From contig CAVTHK010000010.1 of NCBI GenBank assembly GCA_963734495.1, forward strand, positions 1 to 64,000: 64,000 nt of DNA, written 5' to 3'. This document shows, piece by piece, positions 32,424 through 43,751 of this stretch (position 1 is the stretch's first letter; every line of letters starts with the position of its first letter). A program made the translations under genes and the position numbers. The notes under the pieces are model-generated. The model did not search any database and was not told where the DNA came from. It saw nothing but the letters and a program-made list of their open reading frames with translations. The stretch is from an uncultured Spirochaetota bacterium (GTDB taxonomy: Bacteria > Spirochaetota > Spirochaetia > SZUA-6 > CAVTHK01).

Positions 32424-32668
32424 CAACCGCCTCCAAAGGGGGCCAGGAAGACGATCGTGTCGCCGTCGGCGAGCTCCGTATCCCAGCCCGCCATCTCGTC
32501 GTTCACCGCGACCGCCATCCCGTCGGGCGGCGGACGGAACCCGTGCCGCCGCGCAAGCTCGCTGTAGACCGCGGCCGGCGTGCGCCCGTCGGTCTCGACC
32601 GTCTCCTCGGCGCGCCCGCGCCGCTCGCGCAGCTCCGCGAAGTAGAGAATCCGGATCCGCAAGCTCAT
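32423..32668 (-). CDS. moaD: MoaD/ThiS ubiquitin-like sulfur carrier
   Basis: ILYFAELRE...VAVN...L.DGD.IVFLAPFGGG with C-terminal GG. Confidence 0.88.
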   Translation of the reverse strand: MSLRIRILYFAELRERRGRAEETVETDGRTPAAVYSELARRHGFRPPPDGMAVAVNDEMAGWDTELADGDTIVFLAPFGGG

Positions 32669-32802
32669 CCCCGCTCTCACCCCCCTCGCGTCCGCGCCGC
32701 GGGGGGCAGCGCGCCGCCCGGACGTGGCGCGGGCATCGGGCGGCGGACTTCTCCTTGAACATTGTCTTCCATGGAGCCGCCTCTTCGCGGCCCCGGCGCG
32801 CC

Positions 32803-33430
32803 TTACTCTTCGAGCTCGACGTTCCAGTAGGCGGCGTCGAGGAAGCTTCTCCAGGAGGCGTACTGTTTGTTGCCGATGTGCGCGACGATCGCCGGATTGA
32901 GCGTGGGACGGTAAGGTGGGCGGATGAGCGTCATCTCCGCCTCCTCCGGGCAGGCGGCTGCCCTTGCGGATGTTGCAGGACACGCAGGCGCAGACCAGGT
33001 TCTCCCACGTGTCCGTGCCTCCGCGCGAGCGGGGCACCACGTGGTCGATGTTGAGGTCCTTGGCCTTGAGCCGCCGGCCGCAGTACTGACAGGTGTTGCG
33101 GTCGCGGAAATAGAGGTTCTTGCGGGTCAGCCGCACGCGGTAGGGGCGGCTCTTGTCGTAGCGCAGGACGCGGATGATCCGCGGGACCATGAGGACGACG
33201 CTCGAAGTCCGCACCCACTCGTGATCCCCGCCGCCGTCGAGCGAGACGCGATACGAGGAGAGCTCGGCCCAGCTCGGAAAGTCGAAGTTGCGGTACGTCT
33301 CGTTCTCGACCGCGACCGCCTCGGCGATCCGGGCAAAGAGCATGCAAAAAGCGCGCCGGGCTGTGGTCAGGTTGATCGGGCTGTAGTATCGGTTGAGGAC
33401 TAGGACACTGGTGTCAAGCACGTCTGCCAT
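32803..33430 (-). CDS. Stand-alone HNH endonuclease; frameshift near 32945
   Basis: RDRNTCQYCG, IDHVVPRSRGG, WENLVCACVSCNIRKG, and N-terminal VLVLN..Y.PI....RRA. Confidence 0.88.
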
Positions 33431-33652
33431 GGTCGAAGCCGGCGCGGCCCCCCGGGGCCACCCCGGGCGCCCGTGCACCGGATGATCGCACGACCGTAAG
33501 CCGTTGCGCAAGGGGCGCACGGCAAGGGGCGCGCCGAGCGGGGCCGTGGGCAGCACGCGGACGGGCGAAATCGCGCGGCGCGGGGGTGCAAGGCGGCACG
33601 ATGGACATTCGGGGACCGGTGCCGGGCGGGCCCCGGAGGCCCCGACTAAAGA

Positions 33653-33681
33653 TTGCCACGATGCTGCCGAGATAGTATCTT
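33653..33681 (+). promoter_or_regulatory. Putative dksA promoter followed by a leader hairpin
   Basis: TTGCCA-17-TATCTT, then a CCACCCC/GGGGTGG hairpin at about 33690-33708. Confidence 0.5.
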
Positions 33682-33730
33682 GTCTGCCCCCACCCCTTAG
33701 GGGGGTGGACCAAGGATCCGGGAGCTCGTG

Positions 33731-34087
33731 ATGAATCAGGCATTTGTGCGCAGGATGCAGAAGCGCCTCGAAGACATGAGGCACGAAATCTTAGCCAAGC
33801 TCGCCGCGGAAACCAGCGAGATGCGTGCCATCGCCCAGGCCGACGACACCAAGGACCTGGTGGACCTCGCTACACACCAGATCGACCGCACCGCGCTGCA
33901 GGCGCTGGGAGCCGCGGAGCTCAAGCGCCTGAACCTGATCGATGCCGCGCTCGCCCGCATCCGGGAGGGCCGCTACGGAGTCTGCCTCAAGACCGGCAGG
34001 CCGATCCCCGAGGAGCGCCTCGAGGCCATTCCCTACGCCCTGTACACCGTCGAGGCGCAGAAGCAGCTGGAGCGGCGCAGCAACTAG
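33731..34087 (+). CDS. dksA: DksA/TraR family transcription factor, non-C4 type
   Basis: DLVDLA coiled-coil tip, IDAALARIREGRYGVC, I.EERLEAIPYA. Confidence 0.85.
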   Translation: MNQAFVRRMQKRLEDMRHEILAKLAAETSEMRAIAQADDTKDLVDLATHQIDRTALQALGAAELKRLNLIDAALARIREGRYGVCLKTGRPIPEERLEAIPYALYTVEAQKQLERRSN

Positions 34088-34138
34088 GAAGCCTGCGCGA
34101 CCTCCGCGGTCGGCCGCTCACGCGGCCGCAGAGTGTCC

Positions 34139-34158
34139 GGCCGCGGCGGACCGCGGCC
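34139..34158. repeat. 20-bp intergenic palindrome, identical to 19568-19587
   Basis: GGCCGCGGCGGACCGCGGCC between convergent genes. Confidence 0.65.
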
Positions 34159-34161
34159 AAT

Positions 34162-35877
34162 CTAGTCCCCGGCGTCCCGGGGCCGATCCGCGCCGGGGCG
34201 GACGCCCGGCGGGGTCGCCGGCGGCTCCGCGGCGCGTCCGCCGCGACGGGATCGGCTGGCGTCGCGTCACCGGGCGTCTCACCCGCCGGCCGCCGGGCCG
34301 GCGTCTGCGGAATCACGAACTGCCTGACGATCTGCAGCAGCCGCCGGATGTCCTCGAACCCCTCGGACGATGCCGGAGATGAAGTCGGCGTTGCGGTCGC
34401 CGGCGATCACGCGGACGTTCACGATCTTCTCGGGCACGCGCGCCTTGTGGTCGCCGAGCACGTCCTTGAGCAGCGATCGCGAGCCGGTTGTAGGCTGCCG
34501 CCGCCCTCCTCGAGCACCTCGCGCGCCTCCTTGTTGACGGCCCGCACGATGCGGCGGAGCTCGGCGCTGACGGCAGCCTTGCCGCGCGCGTGGCCGTCGA
34601 GGGAAAGGTGGATGACGCCGCGACGAAAACGGGCCCGTCGTTCGTCGAATCCGCCTCGAACTCCTCGAGCCGCGTCCGCACCGACTCGGCGGCACAGCGC
34701 GGCCGCGGACAGCGACTCCTGGAAGCGCCTGTCGCGGAAAGTCGCCTCATACGAGCAGCCGCTTGACCGGGTCCATGAGGCGGTTCTCGTAGCGGGCCAG
34801 CGCGAAGCTCTTGAGGATGCGCAGCGGGAACACCAGGTCGATAGCCTTCCATGTCCCGCCGCAGCAGCATCGCGCTTTCCTCGTCGCTGTAGCCTTTGAG
34901 GGCGAGCAGCTCTATGCCTTCGAACAGCGCCTTGACGTCGGCATCGAGCGCGGCCCGGCCCGCCTCCCGCGCGAGGCGTTCGCGATCGTGCTCGTACTGC
35001 TCGGTGACCCTGCGCGTGAAAGCCGCGAGATGCTCTTCGGTCCCCTCGTCCACCCTGGGCAGGTACCCGGGGTCGCGGCGCACGGCCCGGATCAGGTCGA
35101 GGAGGAGGGGCGCGGGCACCGCCTGCTGCAGCATGTCGCGGGCCCTCTCGGCCGCGCGGGTCAGCGCGTCCGGATCGTAACGGTCGTCCGCGTAGAGCCG
35201 CGATGCGAGATAGCGGACGTTGCTCGCCACGGCCTCCGTGACCTGCAGCCGGCCGATCACGAAATACAGGTCGAGCAGGCCGTCCAGGGCCTCTTCGCCC
35301 GGCACTTCGGAGAATCCGAGCTTGTAGTCGGTGCGCGTCGACTCGAACCGCGGGTCGAAGCGCTTGAGCAGCCGGTCGAAGTCGAATGCGCACAGCGAAG
35401 CGAGCCGAGGGTATCGGTCATCTCGGCGTCGAATCCGGCATACGACTTCGCCGCCGAAGGCGGCTCATGTAGCGATTGAACTCTCGGCGATGGCTTTGAG
35501 CACCGGATCCGCCCGTGCGCCGGGGGTGAGCTGTCTCTTCATCTCTTTGTAGGTAAAGGCGATACATCGCGCCTCCATCCCCGGCGGGAGGCGCGACTCA
35601 GCGAGCAGGTCCCGGTAGCGCTGAGCGGTCTCGGAGTCCTCGTGGGAGAGCGTATTGCGGAAGACCGGGCGCAGCGGATCCAGGCTGCGGGAGAGCTGAA
35701 GGACGCGCACCGCGAAGCCCGGTGCCAGCGCCCGGGCGCGCGCGGCCGAAAGACCGGCGGATTGGCGGCCCGAAGCCGCGCGTGGATGCTGCGGAGCTCG
35801 AGCCTCCTGGAGCGCTCCTCGCCCCGGTAGACCACCGACGAGATCAGCTGACGCAGCAGAGCGAGGAGGCCGGCCAT
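34162..35877 (-). CDS. DUF5312-like spirochaete protein; multiple frameshifts
   Basis: Stitched segments with AFDFDRLLKRFDPRF, LALKGYSDEE and KARVPEKIVNVRVI. Ends are approximate. Confidence 0.5.
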
Positions 35878-35983
35878 TTCGCCCATTCTAAAGACTGGGG
35901 GACGGACGTTCAACAGAGGTCGCCTCCTTCTCCGATACTTGGATAGATGCGGCTTCTCCTCTAAGATAGCCGTGGGTGCACTG

Positions 35984-37432
35984 ATGGACGAGGCGACAGA
36001 AAACCCGCCGCAGCGGCAGATGTCCGAAGAGGACCTGCGGCGCAAGATCGAGGACTACTATCTCCCGCGGCAGCTCGTCGAGGCGATCTTCGAGCTGGGC
36101 GAGATCCCGGAAAGCTCGACGGAGACGGTCATCGGGATCGGTTTCGTCGACATCGCCGACTACTCCTTCATCTCCAAGTTCCTGAGCCCGACCGAGAACC
36201 AGGTCGTCCTGAACGGCCTGTTCACCGCCTTCGACTGGGTGCTGCGCAGGCACGGCGGCTACCTCAACAAGATCGAAGGCGACAGCATGATGTTCCAGTT
36301 CGGCGGGCTCACCGACCGCACGACTCGCGGGCTGGACCCGGCCAAGGCCAGGCGGACCATCGCGGAGCGCCTGTTCTACGCGTGCGTCAAGATGCAGCGG
36401 GCCTGCGCGCTGTTCAACGAGGCCAACGATCGCTTCCTCGACGAGGAGGCCGACCCGAAGCTGCGCGCGGACCTGAAGAAGGCGTTCGACATCATCCGCA
36501 CTCTGCGCACCAGCAACGACCTCGGTGCCGTCCCTGAACGCCCTCTTCCAGATCCGCATCCGCATCGGCGCGAATATCGGCGAGGTCAACACCGGGCAAC
36601 CTCGGGCCCGCGCGGCCGCAAGCACTGGGACATCATCGGGGTGCCGGTCATCGAGGCCAAGCGCATGGAAGCCACCGCGCCGATCGGGGGCCTGCGCATC
36701 ACTGCCGAGCTCTACCAGGCGCTCGAAGAGGGCGGAGTGGTCAAGTCCTATTTCGAGGAGTTCCGCCGCGAGGCACGCGTGCTGTTCGGGGCTTTCAGGG
36801 ACATCAGCGCAGGAGGAGCTCTTCAAGGCCAGCGCCGTCCTGCTCAAGGACAAGCGCAACGCGACGTTCAACACCTACAGCGTGCAGGTCAACCCGAAGC
36901 TCCCGGAGGCGATCGCCGAGCAGACCACGCTCCTGCTCGACCAGGGGGAGCCCGGCGCGGACCGGGTGATCCAGTTCCTCCAGTACTACCGCGGCAGCCG
37001 CTTCGTCGATCCGGGCGATGGAGCACACCCTGGAGCAGAAAGGCGTCAACATCCGGCGTCACGACATCCTGAAGATCGTGTATCCGCGCACGTTCGACGC
37101 GGCTGCGCCAGGCGTGCGGGGGCGACCGGCACAAGACGGCCCAGGTCGTGAAAGAGCGATACGACCTCTACGACCTGTTCGCGAAACTCGGCGACCTGCA
37201 GGACAAGGTCAAGGAGCACGTCTCCTTCGAAGCGCCCCGGTCGGAGCACTACGATTACGAGCGCCGGATGGCCCAGGAGATCGACAACGTCATTACCAAC
37301 TACAAGCTCGTCGAGCGCTCCGTCCGCCTGACGAACTACTTCCACAACTACGTCTACCCGCTGGTGTACCGCAGCATCAAGGTGAGCATCCTCGAATATC
37401 AGAACCGGATTTCCGCCCTCGAAGAGGTGTAG
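35984..37432 (+). CDS. Atypical class III nucleotide cyclase domain protein; multiple frameshifts
   Basis: GFVDIADYS, YLNKIEGDSMM, RIRIGANIGEV, HWDIIGVPVIEAKRMEA, plus an unrecognised C-terminal region. Confidence 0.75.
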
Positions 37433-37455
37433 AAAGAGCGCGGTCCGCCGTGTGC

Positions 37456-37506
37456 CCTGACCCGGCGTACTCGCCGGGCTTTGACCCGGCGTACCCGGGC
37501 GCCCGG
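37456..37506 (-). repeat. AGTA-loop hairpin repeat unit between convergent genes
   Basis: Minus strand CCCGGCGAGTACGCCGGG (37461-37478) is identical to 6511-6528, with an adjacent GGGTAC variant. Confidence 0.75.
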
Positions 37507-37617
37507 ACAAGGCTCAAGGGGCCCGTCCGGCCGAACGGCTCAAGTCCGCCGGGCGATGCGACCGTGCGCGGCGCTCTGCGCAGCCCGCGACCGTCTTCGC
37601 CGCCCCCCCCGCCCCGT

Positions 37618-38457
37618 TCAGGGGCGCACGTCGACGACGGCGTGCTCCCGCTTGCCGGCGATCCAGGCCGCAAGCCGCTCCTCTCGCGCGTGTATGAGCA
37701 ACCTGTTCCGCGCCTCCTGCAGCGCCTCTTCGTGGGTCATCGGCCTCTCGGGCTCGCTCTCCCACACCTTGACGACGTGGTAGCCGAACGCGGTCAGCAG
37801 GACCGGCGAGATCTCGCCGGGCTTCATCGAGAACACGGGCACGTCGAACTCATCCACCATGCGACCCGGCGAAAAGAAGCCCAGGTCCCCGCCCGCGTCG
37901 TCGCAGCCGGAGTGCTCCCGCGCCACCTGCGCGAAATCCGCGCCTTCCAGAAGCTTCGCGCGCACGGCGACCATTTCCCGGTAGGCCGCGGCCGGGTCGG
38001 GGTCAGGCCGCTTCACGATGTGCGAAGCGCGGACGCGCTGCGGGTGCACCATCTCCGCGGAGTGCGCGTGCGAGTATTCCTCGACGCTTTCCTCGGTCGG
38101 CGGCTCGACGTCGTGCGTGAGGTCGGCGACGAACTTGTCGACGCGGATGCGGTCCTGCAGCTCGCGCTTGATGCGCTTCTCGTGCGGTTTCCGTGAAAGG
38201 CCCATCTGCGTGTAGAACTGGGTCTCCCCGCCGTAGCCCGCCACCAGGCGCCCGTACTCTGCGTCCACCTCTTCGGCCGTGACGCCGATGCCGGCGTTAA
38301 AGGCATTCTGCCGCAGCAGGCCGCGCGCGACCAGGCTTTCGCGGGCGCGCGCCTCCGCCTGCTGCCGGTCGAGCTGCGGCGCCTCCCGCATCACCCGCGC
38401 CACTTCCTGCTCGCAGGCCTGCGCCGATATCCGTTCTCCGTTGAGTATGATCTCCAT
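37618..38457 (-). CDS. Parvulin (PpiC-type) peptidyl-prolyl isomerase with SurA-like N-terminus
   Basis: VRASHIV, FAQVAREHS, GGDLGFF, F.MKPGEISP, FGYHVVK. Confidence 0.9.
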   Translation of the reverse strand: MEIILNGERISAQACEQEVARVMREAPQLDRQQAEARARESLVARGLLRQNAFNAGIGVTAEEVDAEYGRLVAGYGGETQFYTQMGLSRKPHEKRIKRELQDRIRVDKFVADLTHDVEPPTEESVEEYSHAHSAEMVHPQRVRASHIVKRPDPDPAAAYREMVAVRAKLLEGADFAQVAREHSGCDDAGGDLGFFSPGRMVDEFDVPVFSMKPGEISPVLLTAFGYHVVKVWESEPERPMTHEEALQEARNRLLIHAREERLAAWIAGKREHAVVDVRP

Positions 38458-38466
38458 GTCGGCGCG

Positions 38467-38507
38467 ATCCTAACGGAACGAGCCGGGTGCATCAAGCCAG
38501 GGATGGC
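38467..38507 (-). promoter_or_regulatory. Repeat-family hairpin fused to a sigma70 promoter
   Basis: Minus strand GCCATCCCTGGC-TTGATG-17 bp-TAGGAT-9 nt-ATG. Confidence 0.55.
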
Positions 38508-38593
38508 ATGGCGCGGGGCGCCCCGGGGTGCACGCGCCGCTTCCTTGGGCAGTCTTGGGCAACGTCGCGGGACCTGATACTGTGGCGGCAGCC

Positions 38594-39314
38594 ATGGCAA
38601 GGAACGAGCTCGTGACGATCGCGGCGGACCTTTCCGCCGCCGTGGATCGCCTCCGCTTCGGGGCTCCGGTGCAGACCGTCTACAATCCGCTCGATTACGC
38701 GTGGCAGGCACACGAGGAATACCTGCGGCGTTTCGCCGCCGCGCCGAAGCGTGTCGTCTTCCTCGGGATGAACCCGGGACCCTGGGGCATGGTCCAGACA
38801 GGCATACCGTTCGGCGAGGTGGAGATGGTGCGCGACTGGCTGGGAATCCACGCCGCGGTAGGAGCTCCGTCGCGGCTGCATCCGCGGCGGCCGGTGCTCG
38901 GCTGGAGCTGCACCCGCAGGGAGCCGAGCGGCCGCCGCCTCTGGGGCCTGATCCGGGAGAGGTTCGGCACGCCGCAGGCCTTCTTCAAGGACCACTTCGT
39001 CGCGAACTACTGCCCCCTCGCCTTCTTCGACGAAGCGGGGCACGAATCTCACGCCCGACCGACTGCGCGCCGACGACCGGCGGGCGCTCGAGCACGTGTG
39101 CGACGACCATCTCCGGCGTCTCGTCCTGGCGCTGCGCCCGCAGTGGGCCATAGGCGTCGGCGCTTACGCCGGCTCGCGGCTAAAGACGGCCTGCGCAGGA
39201 ACGACCGTGAGAGTGGACAGCATCCTGCACCCGAGCCCCGCGAGCCCCGCCGCCAACAGGGGCTGGGCCGAGGCGGTCACGACGCGTCTGCGCGATCTCG
39301 GGATCTGGCGGTAG
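38594..39314 (+). CDS. SMUG1-type (family 3) uracil-DNA glycosylase; frameshift near 39045
   Basis: VYNPLDYA, FLGMNPGPWGMVQTGIPFG, EPSGRRLW, NYCPL, LHPSPASP. Confidence 0.92.
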
Positions 39315-39335
39315 GCCCGGGCGCGGGACGGACGG

Positions 39336-39980
39336 CTACATTTCCCTCACGTCGACCACGCGCTCGACGAAGGGCTTGATGGTCTCCAGCAGCTTCTCGC
39401 GCGCGACGCCGTCGATTTTGATCGTGACCAGCACCGTGGTCGGCTCGTCGCCCGGGAGCGAGCCGAAGGCGAGGATGTTCCCTCCGATGCCGGCGACGGC
39501 GCCCGAGAGCTTTGCGAGCTCGCCGCGCACGTCGGGCACGATCGCCTCGATGCGAATCCCCTTTCGCCTCGCGGCGAAGACGTCGACGAACACGCGGAAG
39601 ATATCGGATTCGGTCACGATGCCCACCGGCTTGCCGTCGGCGACGACGGGCAGGCAGCCGATGTCGTGATCGGCCATGACCCGCGCGGCCTGCTCGAGCG
39701 GCGTATCGCCCGTAACGGTGATGACCTCGTGCGTCATCACCTTGGAGACGCGCAGCTTCGCCAGCAGGTAGTTGATCTCGTACATGCTCAGGCTCGTCGC
39801 GGGCGAAGGGGATGCGTAGATCAGGTCCTTTTCCGTGACGATCCCCACGAGCTTCCCCGACGTCTCGACGACGGGCAGGTGGTGAATCTTGTCTCGCCGC
39901 ATGACCGACTGGGCCTCGGCGACCGGTGTGTCAGGCGTCGTAGTCACCACGTTGCGCGACATTGCTCGGGAAACCAGCAT
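39336..39980 (-). CDS. CBS-pair plus ACT domain protein (AcuB-like)
   Basis: HHLPVV...[22 protein letters not shown]...GIVTESD, C-terminal ACT-like PD.RGELA. Confidence 0.88.
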   Translation of the reverse strand: MLVSRAMSRNVVTTTPDTPVAEAQSVMRRDKIHHLPVVETSGKLVGIVTEKDLIYASPSPATSLSMYEINYLLAKLRVSKVMTHEVITVTGDTPLEQAARVMADHDIGCLPVVADGKPVGIVTESDIFRVFVDVFAARRKGIRIEAIVPDVRGELAKLSGAVAGIGGNILAFGSLPGDEPTTVLVTIKIDGVAREKLLETIKPFVERVVDVREM

Positions 39981-40109
39981 CGCGGCGCCCTCCTCTCTCG
40001 TTCCAGTCTAATGCATCGGCCGCCGCCTTGCACACGTAGAGGCGCATGCCGGCGGCCCCGGAGCGACAACGCGGTCTGCGGGCGCCGGCGCGGCGCCGTG
40101 AGCCCTCGG

Positions 40110-41069
40110 TCAGTTCTCGGCCAGCCAGCGCTCGCATTCGAGGGCCGCCGCGCAGCCGCTCCCCGCGGCCGTGACGGCCTGCCTGTAGACCTTGTCCTGG
40201 ACGTCGCCGCACGCGAACACCCCCGGCACCCTGGTGTGCGTGGACCCGGGCACGGGCATGACCAGGTAGCCCGACTCGTCGGTTTCGAGCTGCCCGCCCA
40301 GAAACGCCGTGTTCGGGTCGTGGCCGATGGCGTAGAACAGGCCGCTCACGTCGATGAGCCCCTCCTTGCCCGTGCTCGTGTTGCGGGTCCTGACGCCGGT
40401 GAGAAAGTCCCGTCCCACGGCCTCCGTCGCGATCGTGTTCCAGACGATCTCGATCTTCGGATTCTCCATGACTCTCTTCTGCATGGCCTTCGACGCGCGC
40501 AAGGCAGTCCCTGCGGTGCAGCATGTAGACGCGGCTCGCGAAGCGCGTCAGGTACGCTTGCCTCCTCGCAGGCCGTGTCGCCGCCGCCGATGACGACCAG
40601 CGGCTTCGCGCGGAAGATCGGCAGGGCGCCGTCGCAGACCGCGCAGGCGGACATGCCCTTCTGCCAGTAGCGGTCCTCGCCGGGTATCCCGAGCCGTTTC
40701 GCGTGTCGCGCCTGTCGCGATGATGACGCGACCGCGCCAGGAACTCCCGACCGCCCGCCGTCACGCGGAACGGCCGCCGCGACAGGTCCACGGCCTCGAC
40801 GGTCTCGGTTTCGATGCGCGTGCCGTGCCTGAGCGATTGGGCCCGCATCCGGTCCATCAGATCGGGGCCCGAGATACCCTCGGGGAAACCGGGGAAGTTC
40901 TCCACTTCGGTGGTGGTGGTAAGCTGCCCGCCGGCAGCAACGCCTCCGGCGAGGAAGCCCTCGAACATCAGCGGCGACGAGGCTCGCACGTGCCGCGTAG
41001 ATGGCCGCGGTGTGGCCCGCAGGCCCGGATCCGATGATGATGACATTTTCGATTGTTCAATTCCGCCAT
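40110..41069 (-). CDS. trxB: Thioredoxin-disulfide reductase; multiple frameshifts
   Basis: [51 protein letters not shown]. Confidence 0.92.
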
Positions 41070-41197
41070 CGTTCCTCGCTTCGGCGTAACAGTAACCACA
41101 AGCTCGCTCGCGGGCAATAGCTGCAGGAGAGGGCCGGGCGATCCAGCCGTCGGTTGCCGGGCAATACCGCCGACGCGCCGCAGCATACGGCCCTGGC

Positions 41198-41414
41198 GCG
41201 CCCGGGCCACCTCCTCGCGTCGCTCGGAGCCTCGGGGCACCTCCTGTGCCTTGCCCGGCGCTTGTACATCCCCGGCGAGTACGCACTCCCGCGAGTACGC
41301 GGGACCTTCGGGGGCCAAAGCGCGTGTACGCGCCGGGCTCGCGACATCTCCAGCGAGTACGCTGGGCTTGGGCATCGGGCGAGTACGCCCGACCGACGTG
41401 CATGTCGCTTGACA
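41198..41414 (+). repeat. Second composite nested-hairpin repeat element
   Basis: 41202-41284 aligns with 6439-6524. AGTA-loop hairpins at 41287-41304, 41350-41365 and 41375-41392. Ends in ATGTCGC-TTGACA. Confidence 0.85.
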
Positions 41415-41474
41415 AACGCTACCGTTCGTAGTTTCGTAGGCACGTCTCAAGATCACCACCAAAGGAGAGCCCCG

Positions 41475-42223
41475 ATGAAAAATCGGCTCTGGTTGTTTGT
41501 CGCACTGGCGCTCGTCCCGTTCGCGCTGCTGTCGTGCAAACCCAAGGCGCAGGCGGTCAAGGTCACGATCGCCACCGACGCCACGTGGCCGCCGATGGAG
41601 TTCGTCAACGAGTCCAAGGAGATCGTGGGCTTCGACATCGACCTGATGAAGGCCGCGGCCAAGGCCGGCGGCTTCGCCGTCGAGTTCAAGAACACGGCGT
41701 GGGACGGCATCTTCGCCGGCCTCGCCAACGGCGAGTACGACGCGGTCATCTCGTCGGTGACCATCACCGACGAGCGGAAGCAGACCATGGACTTTTCGCG
41801 TCCCGTACATCAACGCCGGCCAGGTGCTCGTCGTGCGCTCGGACTCCGGCGCGGCCAAGCTCGCCGACCTCACGGGCAAGAGCGCGGGCGCCCAGATCGG
41901 CACGACGGGGGCCTTCGAGGTCGAGAAGGTCAAGGGCGTGACGCTCAAGACCTATGACGAGCTCGGGCTGGCGATCGAGGACCTCGCCAACAGCGCGCAT
42001 CGATGCGGTGGTCTGCGACACCCCGATCGCGGCCAACTACGTCCTGCAGAACCAGACCTACAAGGGCAAGCTCAAGATCGTCGGCCAGCCCTTCACGCAG
42101 GAGCTCTACGGGGTCGCGGTCAAGAAGGGCAACGCCAACGCCCTCGACAAGATCAACGCCGGTCTGAAGAAGGTCCTCGAGTCGCCCGAGTACCAGCAGC
42201 TCAAGACCAAGTGGCTCCAGTAA
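41475..42223 (+). CDS. Polar/basic amino-acid ABC transporter substrate-binding lipoprotein; frameshifts
   Basis: Lipobox LLSC, DATWPPME, GFDIDL, WDGIFAGL, TITDERK. Confidence 0.9.
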
Positions 42224-42985
42224 AAAGCGAGAAGATCCAGGTAACGGACAGCCTCCTCGTACCCGAGAGGGACGAGACTTCCGTATTCTCGGCGTGGAGG
42301 ATCACGTTCTTCGGCGGCGATCGGCCTGCTCGTGATCCTCCCGCTGGTCTCGCCGGACCCCTACCGCAAGATCCTCGAGTTCCTGCCCGACGGGATTCTG
42401 CAGACCTTCGAGGTCACGGTGCTCTCGATCGTGTTCGCCACCGTCGTCGGGCTGATCACCGGCATCGGCCGCATCTCGCGGATCAGGATCGTCAACCGCA
42501 TCGCCACGATCTACGTCGAGGTGATCCGCGGCATCCCGCTGCTCGTCCAGCTCTTCTACATCTACTATGCCCTCGGCAAGATCGTGCAGGTGCCGCGCAT
42601 CACGGCCGCGGTCGTCGCCATGACGATCTGCTACGGCGCCTACATGGGGGAGATCTTCCGCGCCGGCATCCAGGCGGTCCCGCGCGGACAGATGGAGGCG
42701 GCGCTCGCGCTCGGGCTCACGCGCGCGCAGGCGCTGCGCCGCATCATCCTGCCCCAGACGATCCGCATCGTGCTGCCGCCGATCGGCAACGAGTTCATCG
42801 CGCTGCTCAAGGACTCGTCGCTCGTCTCGATCCTGGCGGTCTCGGACCTGCTGCGGCGAGGCGGGAGTACGCCTCGAAGACCTTCTTCTATTTCGAGTCC
42901 TACACCGTGGTCGCTCTGTGCTACCTGGTGATGACGCTGTTTTTCTCGCGCCTCGTCGCGATCATGGAAGAGAGGCTTTCCAGGC

Positions 42986-42993
<8 letters not shown>
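42211..42993 (+). CDS. Amino-acid ABC transporter permease; frameshifts
   Basis: RGIPLLVQL, EIFRAGI, GQMEAA, LLKDSSL. Confidence 0.9.
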
Positions 42994-43721
<728 letters not shown>

Positions 43722-43751
43722 CGCCGCCGGCGGTTTCCGCGCGGCCGCCGC

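Noticed and set aside
32423-33784. 453-aa HNH-MoaD (ubiquitin-like) fusion suggesting a defence system
   Set aside because: It results from a frameshift near 32945. The HNH C-terminus (…WNVELEE) stops at 32803 and moaD has its own start at 32668.
35984-37432. Pycsar/CBASS-type anti-phage system
   Set aside because: No adjacent TIR, TM or cNMP-binding effector, and the context is housekeeping. It is kept only as an atypical cyclase.
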